A stretch of 64,000 bases of DNA from Podarcis pityusensis (taxonomy: Eukaryota), in assembly GCA_964106645.2 (NCBI GenBank), contig OZ067052.1; one strand, given 5' to 3'. The position numbers were made by a program, and so were the translations under genes. The notes beneath the pieces were generated by a model. The model searched no databases, was not told where the DNA came from, and saw only the letters and a program-made list of their open reading frames with translations. Below are positions 28,483-40,509 of the stretch, one piece after another; the stretch's first letter is position 1; the number at the start of each line of letters is the position of its first letter.

Positions 28483-29538
28483 TCCCTTCAACCATCCTGG
28501 TAGAACAACCATCTCTCTCCTTGTCCTGTCTCCTCCTTCACCCTTCATTCACTGCCAAGTCTTGCCTCCTCTTGCCCAGTTCCTCCAAGTGCTCCCCATT
28601 TATTGCTGCTGCTGCTTCTCTCAGGCCTCTCCTGCTTGGCTTGCCTCTTGAAGAGAAACAGGCAGGCCTGCCATCCATTTATTTAACCTAGGAAGAGCCG
28701 CAATCTGAAAACCTTGAAATCCTCTTACACAACTGTTTTGGCAAGCCCCACCATGTCCCAACAAACATTAAACTGTGCTTGCCATTTGTCTCAGGAATCC
28801 TGCATTAATAAACATGAAGAGGAGCACTTTCTACCTCCCACACTCAGTGACAGATGAAAACAAAGACCAGCTGTAGTCATCAATGGATCCTTGTTCTGCA
28901 CATAAAGGCCTAATTGCATTTTATTTCAAGCCTACACATGGAAAACTTTACTGATGGCATCTTGTCGATTTCAGATTCTAGTATCCCAGTTGACGTGCTG
29001 CAAAGCCATTTTTGTTCTAGTCATTAACACCTTCACTGCCCCAGAGATAGGCAATAAAGAATCTTTGGGGGCATACTTCCTCATTGGACAAATGGTAGAC
29101 ACAAATCCAACTCCTTGGGAGCAACCTGAGCCCTTTTCTCACTGAGGTTATCTGTAGGAATGCCGTTAGCTGTTTGCTGTGTTAGCAACGGGCATCTAGT
29201 GCTGCTGGTCCCATAAATCAATGGTGTTGGATGGAGCCACCACCACAAGGTTTTCATTTTAGAAAAACCTATCTTGTTGGAAAGTGGGGTGTGTGACATT
29301 AGTTCCATCAAGAAGATGGGTTAAATCTTGGGCAGTGGCAACCTCTCAGTGTCAGAGCGCCAGACTCACTTTAAAGCATCTTCATATGCTGGCATCAAGA
29401 TCATCTTGGCTACTTTCATCCCTGTGTGGATTTGGGGCCATAGGGAAGAGCAAGCATGGTGCTCTTGAAATGTTAAGACCCACTACACCTGCGCCTCCCC
29501 CCCCCATTTTATTGTTCCTATGTTAATCCAAGCATATA

Positions 29539-29906
29539 AAGGTAAAGGTAAAGGTACCCCTGCCCGTACGGGCCAGTCGTGTCCGACTCTGGGGTTGCGC
29601 GCCCATATCGCTTAAGAGGCCAGGGGCCAGCGCTGTCCGAAGACACTTCCGGGTCACGTGGCCAGCGTGACGAAGCTGCTCTGGCGAGCCTGCACCAGCA
29701 CAGCACACGGAAACGCCGTTTACCTTCCCGCTAGTAAGCAGTCCCTATTTATCTACTTGCACCCGAGGGTGCTTTCGAACTGCTAGGTTGGCAGGCGCTG
29801 GGACCGAGCAACGGGAGTGCACCCCGCCGCGGGGATTCGAACCGCCGACCTGACGATCGGCAAGTCCTAGGCGCTGAGGTTTTACCCACAGCGCCACCCG
29901 CATCCC
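29539..29906 (-). mobile_element. Sauria SINE, full length, young
   Basis: tRNA-like head with B box GGTTCGAATCC and an (ACCTTT)n tail on the minus strand. Perfect 15-bp TSD TAATCCAAGCATATA at 29524-38 and 29907-21. CpGs largely retained. Confidence 0.93.
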
Positions 29907-30133
29907 TAATCCAAGCATATAGAACCATATAATTATTGTGTTTCTGCTGCACCCTGCAGAGGCACTTCCATTTATATCAGAAAAGAAATATGTAGATGAA
30001 GTCATCATGTACACGGGTCTAAGAACAAGGCCCAGTTTTTAAAAAAATTATATTTTGCTTTACCCAATGACATGAAGATGTCAGAGCACTAAAAACACGC
30101 GGCGTATATCTAAAGAGGAGCCATGAAGTCTTA

Positions 30134-30241
<108 letters not shown>

Positions 30242-31301
30242 TTACTGACATGTTAAGAGCGACGTAATGATAAAAAAGGGCTACTCAATTACTATTGAAC
30301 TATAAACTGTTCTCTGTCTGAAAAGTCATCTTGCATTAAGCTTTCTCCTTGACCAAACAAAATCACATTGCAGAAAAACAAGGCTTAAAAGCTTTTCAAA
30401 ATTCTTTCCTTTAGAAAACACACACACATACATTCTCTCTCTCTCTTTCAGGAACAGTGAAAGTTTCCAGATTCTGTCCCGCTGAATCTAGCTAAGCACA
30501 TTATATTCCGTTTATAGATCTGCATCTGTGACACAAACCATTTGTGCCAGTTAAAACGGGGACCTGCTCTGGCTTCAGATGGGAAAGAAGCCAGGCAGGC
30601 TGAAGCTCAGGCAGGGAAGCAAGAGCAGGTAAGTCAAGAACAAGCTACTGGCAGGGAGGGAAGGAGAGACTGAGGAAAGGGAGGGAGGGACAACTTAAAG
30701 TGACTGAACTTCAGTGTGGGAGCCAAAGGAAGGAAAGTAACCCCCATCTCTAAGTCTTTCTGAGAACATCAGGCACAGAAATCAAGATGCAACAGACTGG
30801 TTTGGTCTGGTCCCAGGTCTGGAGGTATAAGAGGGTCCTCCTCAACAAAGACCATTGGTGGCCACAAAGATCCCAGGGTGCTTGTCGAGGGCTGAGGACC
30901 CAACCTTTAACTGGCCACAGGCAGAGTTGGTCTGGTAGGAGGGGAGAATCCTGCTTGAGCATGGCTTCCCATGAGAAAATCATTGGCTACTGTGAGGACT
31001 GGATGGTGGGATAGATGTGCCCCCTTTGGGCCCATCTTGTGTTCTAAGCTTGGTTCTAACCCATTCCCATAGTACCAGTGTGGGTGCTATGGTGAACCAA
31101 AGTTCATCCTCATCAGAAATCCAGGTAGGTAGTGGAGGTGAGTGGGAGTGAGCTCATGTATGGCAGGCTTGCTGTCTCCTAACTATGGTTCAGAAACTGG
31201 TAGCCTTGCATCTGCTCTGGGCCAAAGAGAGGAGGTGGCCAGTGTTTTGATGAACCCAAAGCACCTCCCCCTTCTCTGTTTGAATCAGTCAAATAGCAAA
31301 C

Positions 31302-31378
31302 CTGTTTGCAACGCTTGCACTTTGTGTTCAGCCTCCTCCAGCTTTGAGGCTGTTGAAACCTGCGTCTCTTGCAACATT
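31302..31378 (-). CDS. CUX1: CUX1/CASP coding exon 7 (77 nt): [26 protein letters not shown](A)
   Basis: Translated by hand; absent from the ORF track. Acceptor tacag|A, donor CAG|gtttgc. Phase 2-1. Confidence 0.94.
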
Positions 31379-32096
31379 CTGTAGGGAGAAAGCCAAGGAA
31401 ACAAAAGGCAACTTAAAATATATTCATCTCCATGTAACATAAAATAGAAACATAAAAATGCATCTTACACAGGGTTGGAACCGATGAGTTCTTCCACTGT
31501 CTAATTTCAACAGAAGCAAGCTCCTCTGAGTGCATTCCCTAAAACAAGGATAGCTAACCTTTTTTGGTTTGAGGGTTCGTTGACCAGCTCTATGGGATCT
31601 GCATACCAGCAATGGGTGAGACCAAAAGTGAGACCCTCCCCCTGTGAGCCATTCAGCTGATCTGTGCAGGTTGGATTATCAACCCTCCCCACTCATCAAT
31701 GGAGCAATCTGATGTTCAGTGATGGACATCATAGCTCCAATGCAGACAAGTCAATGTGGAAAAAGTGCCACATGATCAGAGCAGTCCTTCTATTTTCCCG
31801 GGCTTTTAAAATGGATTTTTTAAATTTTACTGGCTGTTTTTATGCTGCCCATGATCTCAATGGTCTTCTTAACTGCTGTGTTTTATTTGTATTTGTAGTT
31901 TTAGCTGTGTTGCTTTACCTTTTACATGAAGGATGGTCTATAATGATAAATACAATATTAAAACAAGCACTACCACTGCATTCACCACCATCCTGCCCAG
32001 TGCTTAGTGCTCTTCTTTCCCAATATGCTCTTCTTTCAAAAGGGAAAGATTGGGGGCAGGGAATACAGAAATGCCCCACCTGCACACGTTAACTTA

Positions 32097-32396
<300 letters not shown>

Positions 32397-34007
32397 TCAA
32401 TGGCCACAAGTCCCTTTGGATACCTTTTACTCCCTAAATGGTAAATTGAACTTTAAATGTTTAAGGTTAAGCAGGATCAATGGACGCTGCCGGGAAGCGG
32501 AGTGAAGGTTTCTCTAACCTGACTGCAGGGCGGAATCGCCGGCAAGACACCTCATCGCCCTACATTAAGCTCTAGGGTGATCGGAGATGAGGATCAGGAA
32601 ATTGTCTGAAACACAGTCACACCATGGCCTGTCCACAGGGACCTCTAGGATTTCAGAGAGGAACCCCCCCACCCCAACCCTAGCTGGAGATTCTGGGGAC
32701 AAAAACATGAAACCTTCCCCATGCAAAGAATGTGCTTAACTACTGGACGAGAGTCCCTGAACAGCTCATGGCCAGATGTGCCCAAGGCCACTCAAACAGA
32801 GCCTCTTCCCTAGAGTGCTTAAAATATATACAGAATTAGAAGCTTGCAAGCTTTTCTTAGCAGCCCTGAATGTTGCCCTGCCCGAGGGTAAGATCTATCT
32901 GCTGATACAAGAGGGCTGAAGTGGGCGAGTGGCGCAGAGAGCAGGGGCAAGCCAGGCTGCAGGTATGTGTGAACTGTGCCGTGGCAGCAAGGAGCACAAG
33001 AAGTAGCAGCAAAACATGGTGTGGGATTCCCTAGGATGCTATGGACTACCACCAGGGGGACCAAAGCTCCTCCTGGCTTGTACCAAGATTCAGTGTGCCA
33101 ACACTTATGCTTCTTCGTTTTGGAGGAGATACAAGGGATGACCATGTAGTCTATATCCAGAGGATTGCATCTAAGGCTGATCCAACTCAGAGTAGAAAAC
33201 AATGGGCGTGAATAAATTGGGTCTATTAATTTCAGGGGTTGTACTCTGCATACAACTTAGCTGGATACAATGCCAAGTATATTTCTTCTGCCACCCTGAA
33301 GCAAGCAGTGAGCCAGTATAACTCAGCTACTTCCTCTTTCCTGCTGATGTGCTTGACTCCAAAGCTGGGGACTAACATAGGTATTGTAAACCAACAATGC
33401 TTGTACCTGCATTATATTTCAGGGTACTTTTGTTGTTATTATTCTCATTCTTTTGACCAGGGAAGCTGCGGGCTGGGCAATTGTGTACATGTGCTATGGC
33501 TCACAATAAACATCAATAGCAACCTGAGGGAGCACCTTCTCCTTAAAAAGAAAGAATTATTTACCATTCTAAGTATTAACAACAACTAATGAAGGCTTTC
33601 TCTACGTTCTCTATTTTCATGGAGACATCTGCCAGAATAAATGGCAGGGTCTCTTTGGTACTAGCCCCCCATTATGTGAAACTCCACAGCAGAAGGGATA
33701 TAATCCTCCCCACCACTCATTTTCATCACCAGCGGAAGTTCAGTCAGGCAGCAATTAGTGCACAAAAACTGTTTGACCAATGCATATCTTTTCAGCTAAA
33801 TGCTGCTTATTTCCTGTTTTATACAGACATGCAAACACATACATTGCAGAAAGTTTCAGTGAGTCTTTCCTGTGAGCAAAACTGCAATATAGAAAAGCTA
33901 CAAAACATATTATCTTCAATATTAGGATGCAGGTAAAAAGAATAAAAAATGGCGGCCACCTTCACAACTGATAGCTCTCAAAGCCATACTGCCCAGAATT
34001 AGGTACT

Positions 34008-34142
34008 GCCATAGTAACCTCAGTCAGTAGAGCATGAGATTCTTAATCTCAGGGTCGTGGGTTCAAGTCCCATGTTGGGCAAAAGATTCCTGCATTGCAG
34101 GGGGTTGGACTCTAGCACCCTCATGGTCCCTTCTATGATTCT
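34008..34142 (+). mobile_element. tRNA-Lys-derived SINE with a CR1-type 3' tail
   Basis: The head CTCAGTCAGTAGAGCATGAGATTCTTAATCTCAGGGTCGTGGGTTCAAGTCCCATGTTGGGC resembles tRNA-Lys(CTT). The tail GCAGGGGGTTGGACTC...CTATGATTCT is shared with the CR1 end at 51236. Confidence 0.85.
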
Positions 34143-34960
34143 GCAATTTTAACCACAGGTGTTGTGTAAAAGGAAAACAGTTTTAGAGAGAACAACTTCT
34201 CATTCCCATTTCAGGATGCTGTTTGCTGCAAAGTCCAAATGGGAACACACACAACCCGAAGCATTTGAAGAGATGAGCGCTCGCTGCTTGTAATTACAAT
34301 GTTTCTATCTACAAGGGACACCATTAACAGTTGGCCCGTCCACTTAAATAACTAACCTACATTGCTTCAATATCAGTACTCTACCCTAGGGATAAACAAA
34401 GTAAAGTGAAGGCAGCAAATACCCATGTAGAGTCACATATTAAACTGACAGAAAACGGCACAGTGCTAAGCATTCCCTGTAAATGCGTACGAAGCATACA
34501 GGCAGTGGCTGGAAAAGATTCACATATAAATTAATACATTTAAGCTGGGCCTTGATATTCAAACACTGAAAAATGGCAACTGCAAGAATTTAAAAACAGG
34601 TCAGCTAAATCCTGAAAGACAAATGAGAACAACAGATTTAATTGAGGCAGAGATGCTGCGCATGTCTGATGCTTATCAAGAAGATTCTAGCTGAGATCAT
34701 GAACCAACACAAAAAAGGCAGGCCTAGGGACACCAGAATCTTAACCTGCCCCTGGAAATCCTGGTAACCACAGGGGCTGAGAATAAAGCCTGCTGCTATC
34801 TACTTTACCCGCTCATCTACAAAGCCCCATCTAGAGTTCTGTTTCGTGGTCATGCTACAGTGCAAAAGATTATGGAGAACTGGCTTTTACAGATGGCATT
34901 CCTTCTCTAAATATCATTATTATTTCCTTATCTAAATCACCCCCCAAACATTTATGTTCA

Positions 34961-35314
<354 letters not shown>

Positions 35315-37419
35315 TCAAATCCTTTCCAACAAGTCAAGTTATCTTGGTCACATTTCTTCAGGAAATCCTAGATTTCCCAGCTGATTTCACATTTCTTTGG
35401 GGGGGTTCTAGATTTCTAAGCTTTGGGGAAGCTTAGAATTTCTCAGATCCAAATCTTTCCTTTCTTGAGGAAACAGGAGAACTGGCATGGTGTGTGAAGA
35501 TAGGGAAGAATTAGGTTGCTCAAACATTCAAAACAAACACTGAAAAACCACACCCGGATTCCCCCACCAAGCATTTTGCCAGAACACTCAGGCAAAAGGG
35601 TCTGATCAAGTGGGAGAGATGCTCCAGCCCTAGTTAGCTAGCACATCCAGGCAGCCTAATAATGTTCAAAGCATCCCTAGAAAGGAGCCACAATACACCT
35701 GCTACGTATGGCTGGACAAGCACGTTTCACAGAGACTGCTGGGCTGGTCGTGGAGCTTTGCCAGCCAGAGCAGAAGAATCCTGGAATCCAAAAAGGGTCT
35801 CATAAAATAGCGCTGCATACATTTCTGCGGTGGGCGCCAGCATCACTTGTGAAATGGCTACAAAGATTTAGTCTCCCGCTGAGGAATGTTAAACACACCA
35901 ATCTCGGAGGATCAACAACAGTACATATTAGGGAGCTCGCTTAATTTGCAGCCGCCACAATCATTAATTTTACAGACCACCCTCAGTTGCTGGAAACGCA
36001 TAATAAGCCCATTGTACCTCTCTTAACGCATTAAGTGCAAGCCTGGGCACTTTGCAACGTGTCAGTCCAGCACCAGAGTTTATAAAAGAACAGCACTGGG
36101 TTATGTTGAGGAAAGAGAGGCAGGGTGTGCTGCGTTGTGTTAACTCTGCTCAGAGAGGGCTTCCTGCCTTGCCACCTCCATAATGCAAGGGGAAAAACTG
36201 AGGCTGCTTATCACTTGCCCTCACAGCACATGCATACTTTATAACTACATCACTTTCTCATTTGTGGTTTTTAGGCCAGGGTGGTTGTTTTCTCTTCTTC
36301 ATTATTAGCACTCTTAAAATATTCATCTCACATTAGGTCTTTTTTTAAAAAGTTATTTAACACAGGGAGGATTTGAGAGCAATTATAAAATTTAAGTTCA
36401 GTGGCAGCTTGGGGAGGTAAAGGCCCAACAGGACTGTCCAATTAAGTAGTGCACAAATTGCTGCCACTATTGCCTGCCCTCTGCTGGGGCTGGGCTGGGC
36501 TGAAGGGTGGAAGTACTTGAAACAACCAGTGCTCCTGCTGTCTCTCATCAGCCAGAGGCTTCGCCCAGGCCTCGTGGGCTGGAGCTGGAGCCTGAAGTGT
36601 AGCAGGTCCAACTTCCATGGGAGGCAAACTGGAAACACTGATGCCCGAAGAGGCAGAGATGGGAGGAGTCTGTGCACTCCAAGCAGGAGAAGAGCTTTGA
36701 CCTGGCGTTGAACCGACAAGGCCAAGTCAAGGCTTTCACTCCAGCCGTCTGAGTAGAGGAGCACCCCTAAGGGGAGATGTGACCAGAAGGGTCAATGCTG
36801 ACTCTTTGCCATGACCTCCACAGTGCTGTCGAGATTCAGCTGGCAGGCTCTGGTGGTGGGAGAAATAAGGGGGATGAACTGGGGGATCCTGGGTTGGAGG
36901 GAGGGGGGGGGTATCCTATCTGTACTGCAAATGCAGTCACTTTGGAAGAGGGAGCAAGGATGCCAGCTCTCCCCTCTGACCTTCCGATGGAGCTGGAAGC
37001 TGGAGAGGGCTTTGATCGGCTAAGAGGGGAGGCTGAATAGAAGGTTCAGAGTGTGCATTAGTGTTCACACTATTTCCACAAGACAAATGAGTCTTGTGAA
37101 CAAGCACATCCTGCCCCATCTTTGAAAGCTTGGTGGGAAGGGCGGGAAAACCTGTTGGGGCATCTTCATCACTTCGACGCCGTTACAAACTTCTTGCCCT
37201 GCTCCCTAACTTCTGAGCACTGGGTCTGCTGCTGAGGCTGTCTGAATAAGTATCTCTTTCATATTTCCAAGCAAGCGCCTCTGTCTGCATGTGCTGGGTG
37301 GGAGTAGAGCACTCTGACAAGGACTTCATGTTGGACCCACTCAAACTGTATTTCTACGTGTACACACATCTTTAACTACAGGTACTGTCTGAAATAGAAA
37401 TAGCATATTTGGGAGCATA

Positions 37420-37528
37420 TTGCAGGATGCTCCTACAGCCAATCGAAAGCCGCGCCTTGCTTTCTGAACATTTCGGAAGTCGAATGGACTTCCGGAACAC
37501 ATTCTGTTCGAAAACCAAGATATGACTG
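37420..37528. mobile_element. Truncated Tc1/mariner-type MITE (one end only)
   Basis: Ends in ACCAAGATATGACTG|TA, like the terminus at 62963. No matching left TIR was found. Confidence 0.5.
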
Positions 37529-39185
37529 TATTTTCTCAAAATTTTGCCCCTCTCTTATATTTCTTTTTCTTCTTCTTCCTCTTCCTCTTCTTCTTCGTCT
37601 ATTACTATTATTATTATTATTAGTTTGCAGGAGCACATCCTTGGCAATGGGACCAGAATCCAACCTGCACACTTTCCCTCAGCCTCCAACTCAACCAGCT
37701 CCACTGACATCAGCCAGTTTCTGCTCAAGTGCAAACTTTGTTCCCAAGAGGTGAAGCCTATTAACACCCCATCTCTTAAAGAGGCACTTGGCAGCCGTGC
37801 CATGAGACACTCTTCTCCATCACCCCCTGAACTTTGCCAACCCTCTGCCTCAGGGTCCTCCTCTAGCAGATCCTACCAGTCGCACCCGGCTTAAGTCACA
37901 GGGCCCATGACAATTTTTAGGGCCCCAAGACTTGCAAATTAACAAGGCTTTCCTGGACTAAAATCTGCCAGGCATTTTGTATTATTACTCACCCACCCCA
38001 CCAACATCTACATTATAAAATGAATAATGACTAAACCTTTAGTCAATAAATTCCCAAATCCCTGGAAAACATTATATCGTAAATGAAAATGTTGGCACTC
38101 ATAATTATTCATTAGGATATGTATATTTAATTTAGCTTTATTAAAGGTTAATGTCAAAGAAGCAAAACAGTTGCAGAATAAAGTATGAGCATAATTGTTA
38201 AGCCTATCTCCTTGCATTAAACTCCAAAATTTGCTTAAGCCAAGATGAATGATTAAAATGTCAGCAGCTTTTGAATATTGTTTTGGGATATGCTAAAGAG
38301 GCCACACAGAACAGACTTCTTCACTTTAATTCGTATGGCTTCTATTAAAGAAAACTAATTTAATAATCCCTGCTATAAAAACTCGGCCATGATTCTGCTA
38401 CATGCCAGCCCAGCGACTGCTACGCTTCAAACCTAAAAATGTAACAAGCTTCAAAAGGTATGTATTTGGGAACTCAGAATAATTCCCAAGGAGGGCCCTT
38501 TTAAGTATTATTGTACAAACCTTGCAGTGGTATCTGTTAAGGAAAAATTATTTTAAAAAACAAAAATGATTTCACTAGAGCATACAAAAATGAAAACCTA
38601 CTAAAAAACTACACTTTGGTTATTAACTCTCTTACAAGAAGAATGAGACACAACGTTTGAAAATAGCTGTGAAGATAACTTAAACACCCCCCCCCCCATA
38701 TTCCACTCAGTGCCAGAAATTTGCACTTAATATCTCTCAACTGGGAACAAAAATAATCAAGTTGCTGGGGAGCAGAATATCCCAACCAGATGTGAGGGTG
38801 TAATAATGTAAAATTATTTGGGGGACTGAGAAGAGAAACAATTGCTCCCTGTGTTGATACCTGGGTTCGAATCTCTATCCAGAGGTGCGAATTTACTCTT
38901 TTTCTTTCTCCTCTAACACAGGAGGAACGTCAAGAAGTCTACCTCACAAGGCTGTTGGCAACTTTATAATTGCTGAACAAGACCATGAACACTGGAAATG
39001 TTACTAAGAAATTATTGTGTTCCACAGAACATGGTTGAGTGTACATCTGCAGCTGCATCACTGGGACAATCATCACACACGTTGAAAGATTTTGCCTTTA
39101 ACAGTAAACAGTAAACACCCTGGTTAGCGGTGAGAATTTCTGTGCCTGAATGCTCAGATTCATCAAATAAAGTTTTAGAGCAGTG

Positions 39186-39574
39186 AAAGGTAAAGGTAAA
39201 GGTAAAGGACCCTTGGACGGTTAAGTCCAGTCAAAGGCGACTATGAGGTTGCGGTGCTCATCTTGCTTTCAGGCCAAGGGAGCCGGTGTTTGCCCACAGA
39301 CAGCTTTCAAGGGTCATGTGGCTAGCATGACTAGACCGCTTCTGGTGCAATGGAACACTGTGACGGAAACCAGAGCGCATAGAAACGCCGTTTACCTTCC
39401 TGCCACAGCGGTACCTATTGATCCACTTGCACTGGCGTGCTTTTGAACTGCTAGGTTGGCAGGAGCTGGGACAAAGAAACGGGAGCTCACTCCATTGCAG
39501 GGATTCAAACTGCCGACCTGCCGATCGGCAAACCCAAGAGGCTCAGCGGTTTAGACCACAGCGCCACCTGTTCC
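39186..39574 (-). mobile_element. Sauria SINE, older or different subfamily
   Basis: (ACCTTT)n tail and the same body motifs (GAAACGCCGTTTACCTTCC, GAACTGCTAGGTTGGCAGG). TSD eroded. Confidence 0.9.
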
Positions 39575-40249
39575 TAAACTCAGTAGCAATGTAGACAGGT
39601 GAGCCCTGGAAACAAGCCACCATATCTGTATTTGAAGTGCTGTCTGGTCCAAGTCCAGTTTAAACCTAAGGAACCATCAGAAGGGGAACTGGCAAGGTTG
39701 CCCATTAACACTTATCACCTGGGCAGCAGACAGAGTAGGCACTCAGGCCACCTGCTCCCAGTCTTCCCCAAGACAGTGATATCAATTTTATTTTGATTCA
39801 CATTATTTGCATATTTGTAGATATAAATCTGTACATAAAAATCTGCAAGCACAAATTTGTTCTCTTTCTGGGTGCTGCACATGTAGTTGCCTCACTACTG
39901 TGAGTGAGGATGACCTGGTCTTCTCCAATTCACTGGGAAGAGTCCCCAAAGAATCAACACTGCCCAGAAAGCAGAATTCCATTCCTAAGCCCTACGTGAG
40001 TGGGTAACAGGGATGCAGCATTAACTGGGCAACCTGCCAGTACAAGGAGGCTGGCTGCCCATTATTCTGGGAGCTGCTCTGCTGCTGTTTTCACTCCATT
40101 TTTGAAAATTATGTTCTATGATCTTCCTGTTTCCAGAGAGGTAGCCATGTTATTCTGCAAAAGAAGCAAAGAATCCTGTAGAACCTTAAAGACTGACTAA
40201 GAAACTAGTTATGACATAAGCTTTCACAGTCATGAATATAATAAAATTG

Positions 40250-40266
40250 TTGTTGTTGTTGTTGTT

Positions 40267-40303
<37 letters not shown>

Positions 40304-40509
40304 CACTACTATTATATCCCACCCATCTGGCTGGGTTTCCCCAGACACTCTGGGCGGCTTCCAACAAAATACTGAAAATACAACAAAACATCAAACATTA
40401 AAAACTTCCCTAAACAGCTCTGCCTTCAGGTGTCTTCTAAAGGTCAGATAGTTGTTTATTTCCTTGACATCTGATGGGAGGGCATTCTACCGAGAAGGCC
40501 CTCTGCCTG
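40250..40509 (-). mobile_element. L2-type LINE 3' end with an (AAT)n/(AAC)n tail
   Basis: Microsatellite tail followed by CCCACCCATCTGGCTGGGTTTCCCCAG...GGGCGGCTT and GGGAGGGCATTC...GAGAAGGCCCTCTGCC. Family assigned from memory. Confidence 0.65.

Noticed and set aside
33049-33064. CTCF-like motifs (also near 17551 and 48530)
   Set aside because: Partial matches at a frequency expected by chance; no independent evidence.
34008-34080. tRNA-Lys gene
   Set aside because: The acceptor stem and D-arm are disrupted and the sequence runs straight into a CR1 tail, so it is a SINE head.
37433-37894. Poly-S, poly-E and poly-R ORFs
   Set aside because: Translations of (TTC/TCC)n(ATT)n microsatellite sequence.
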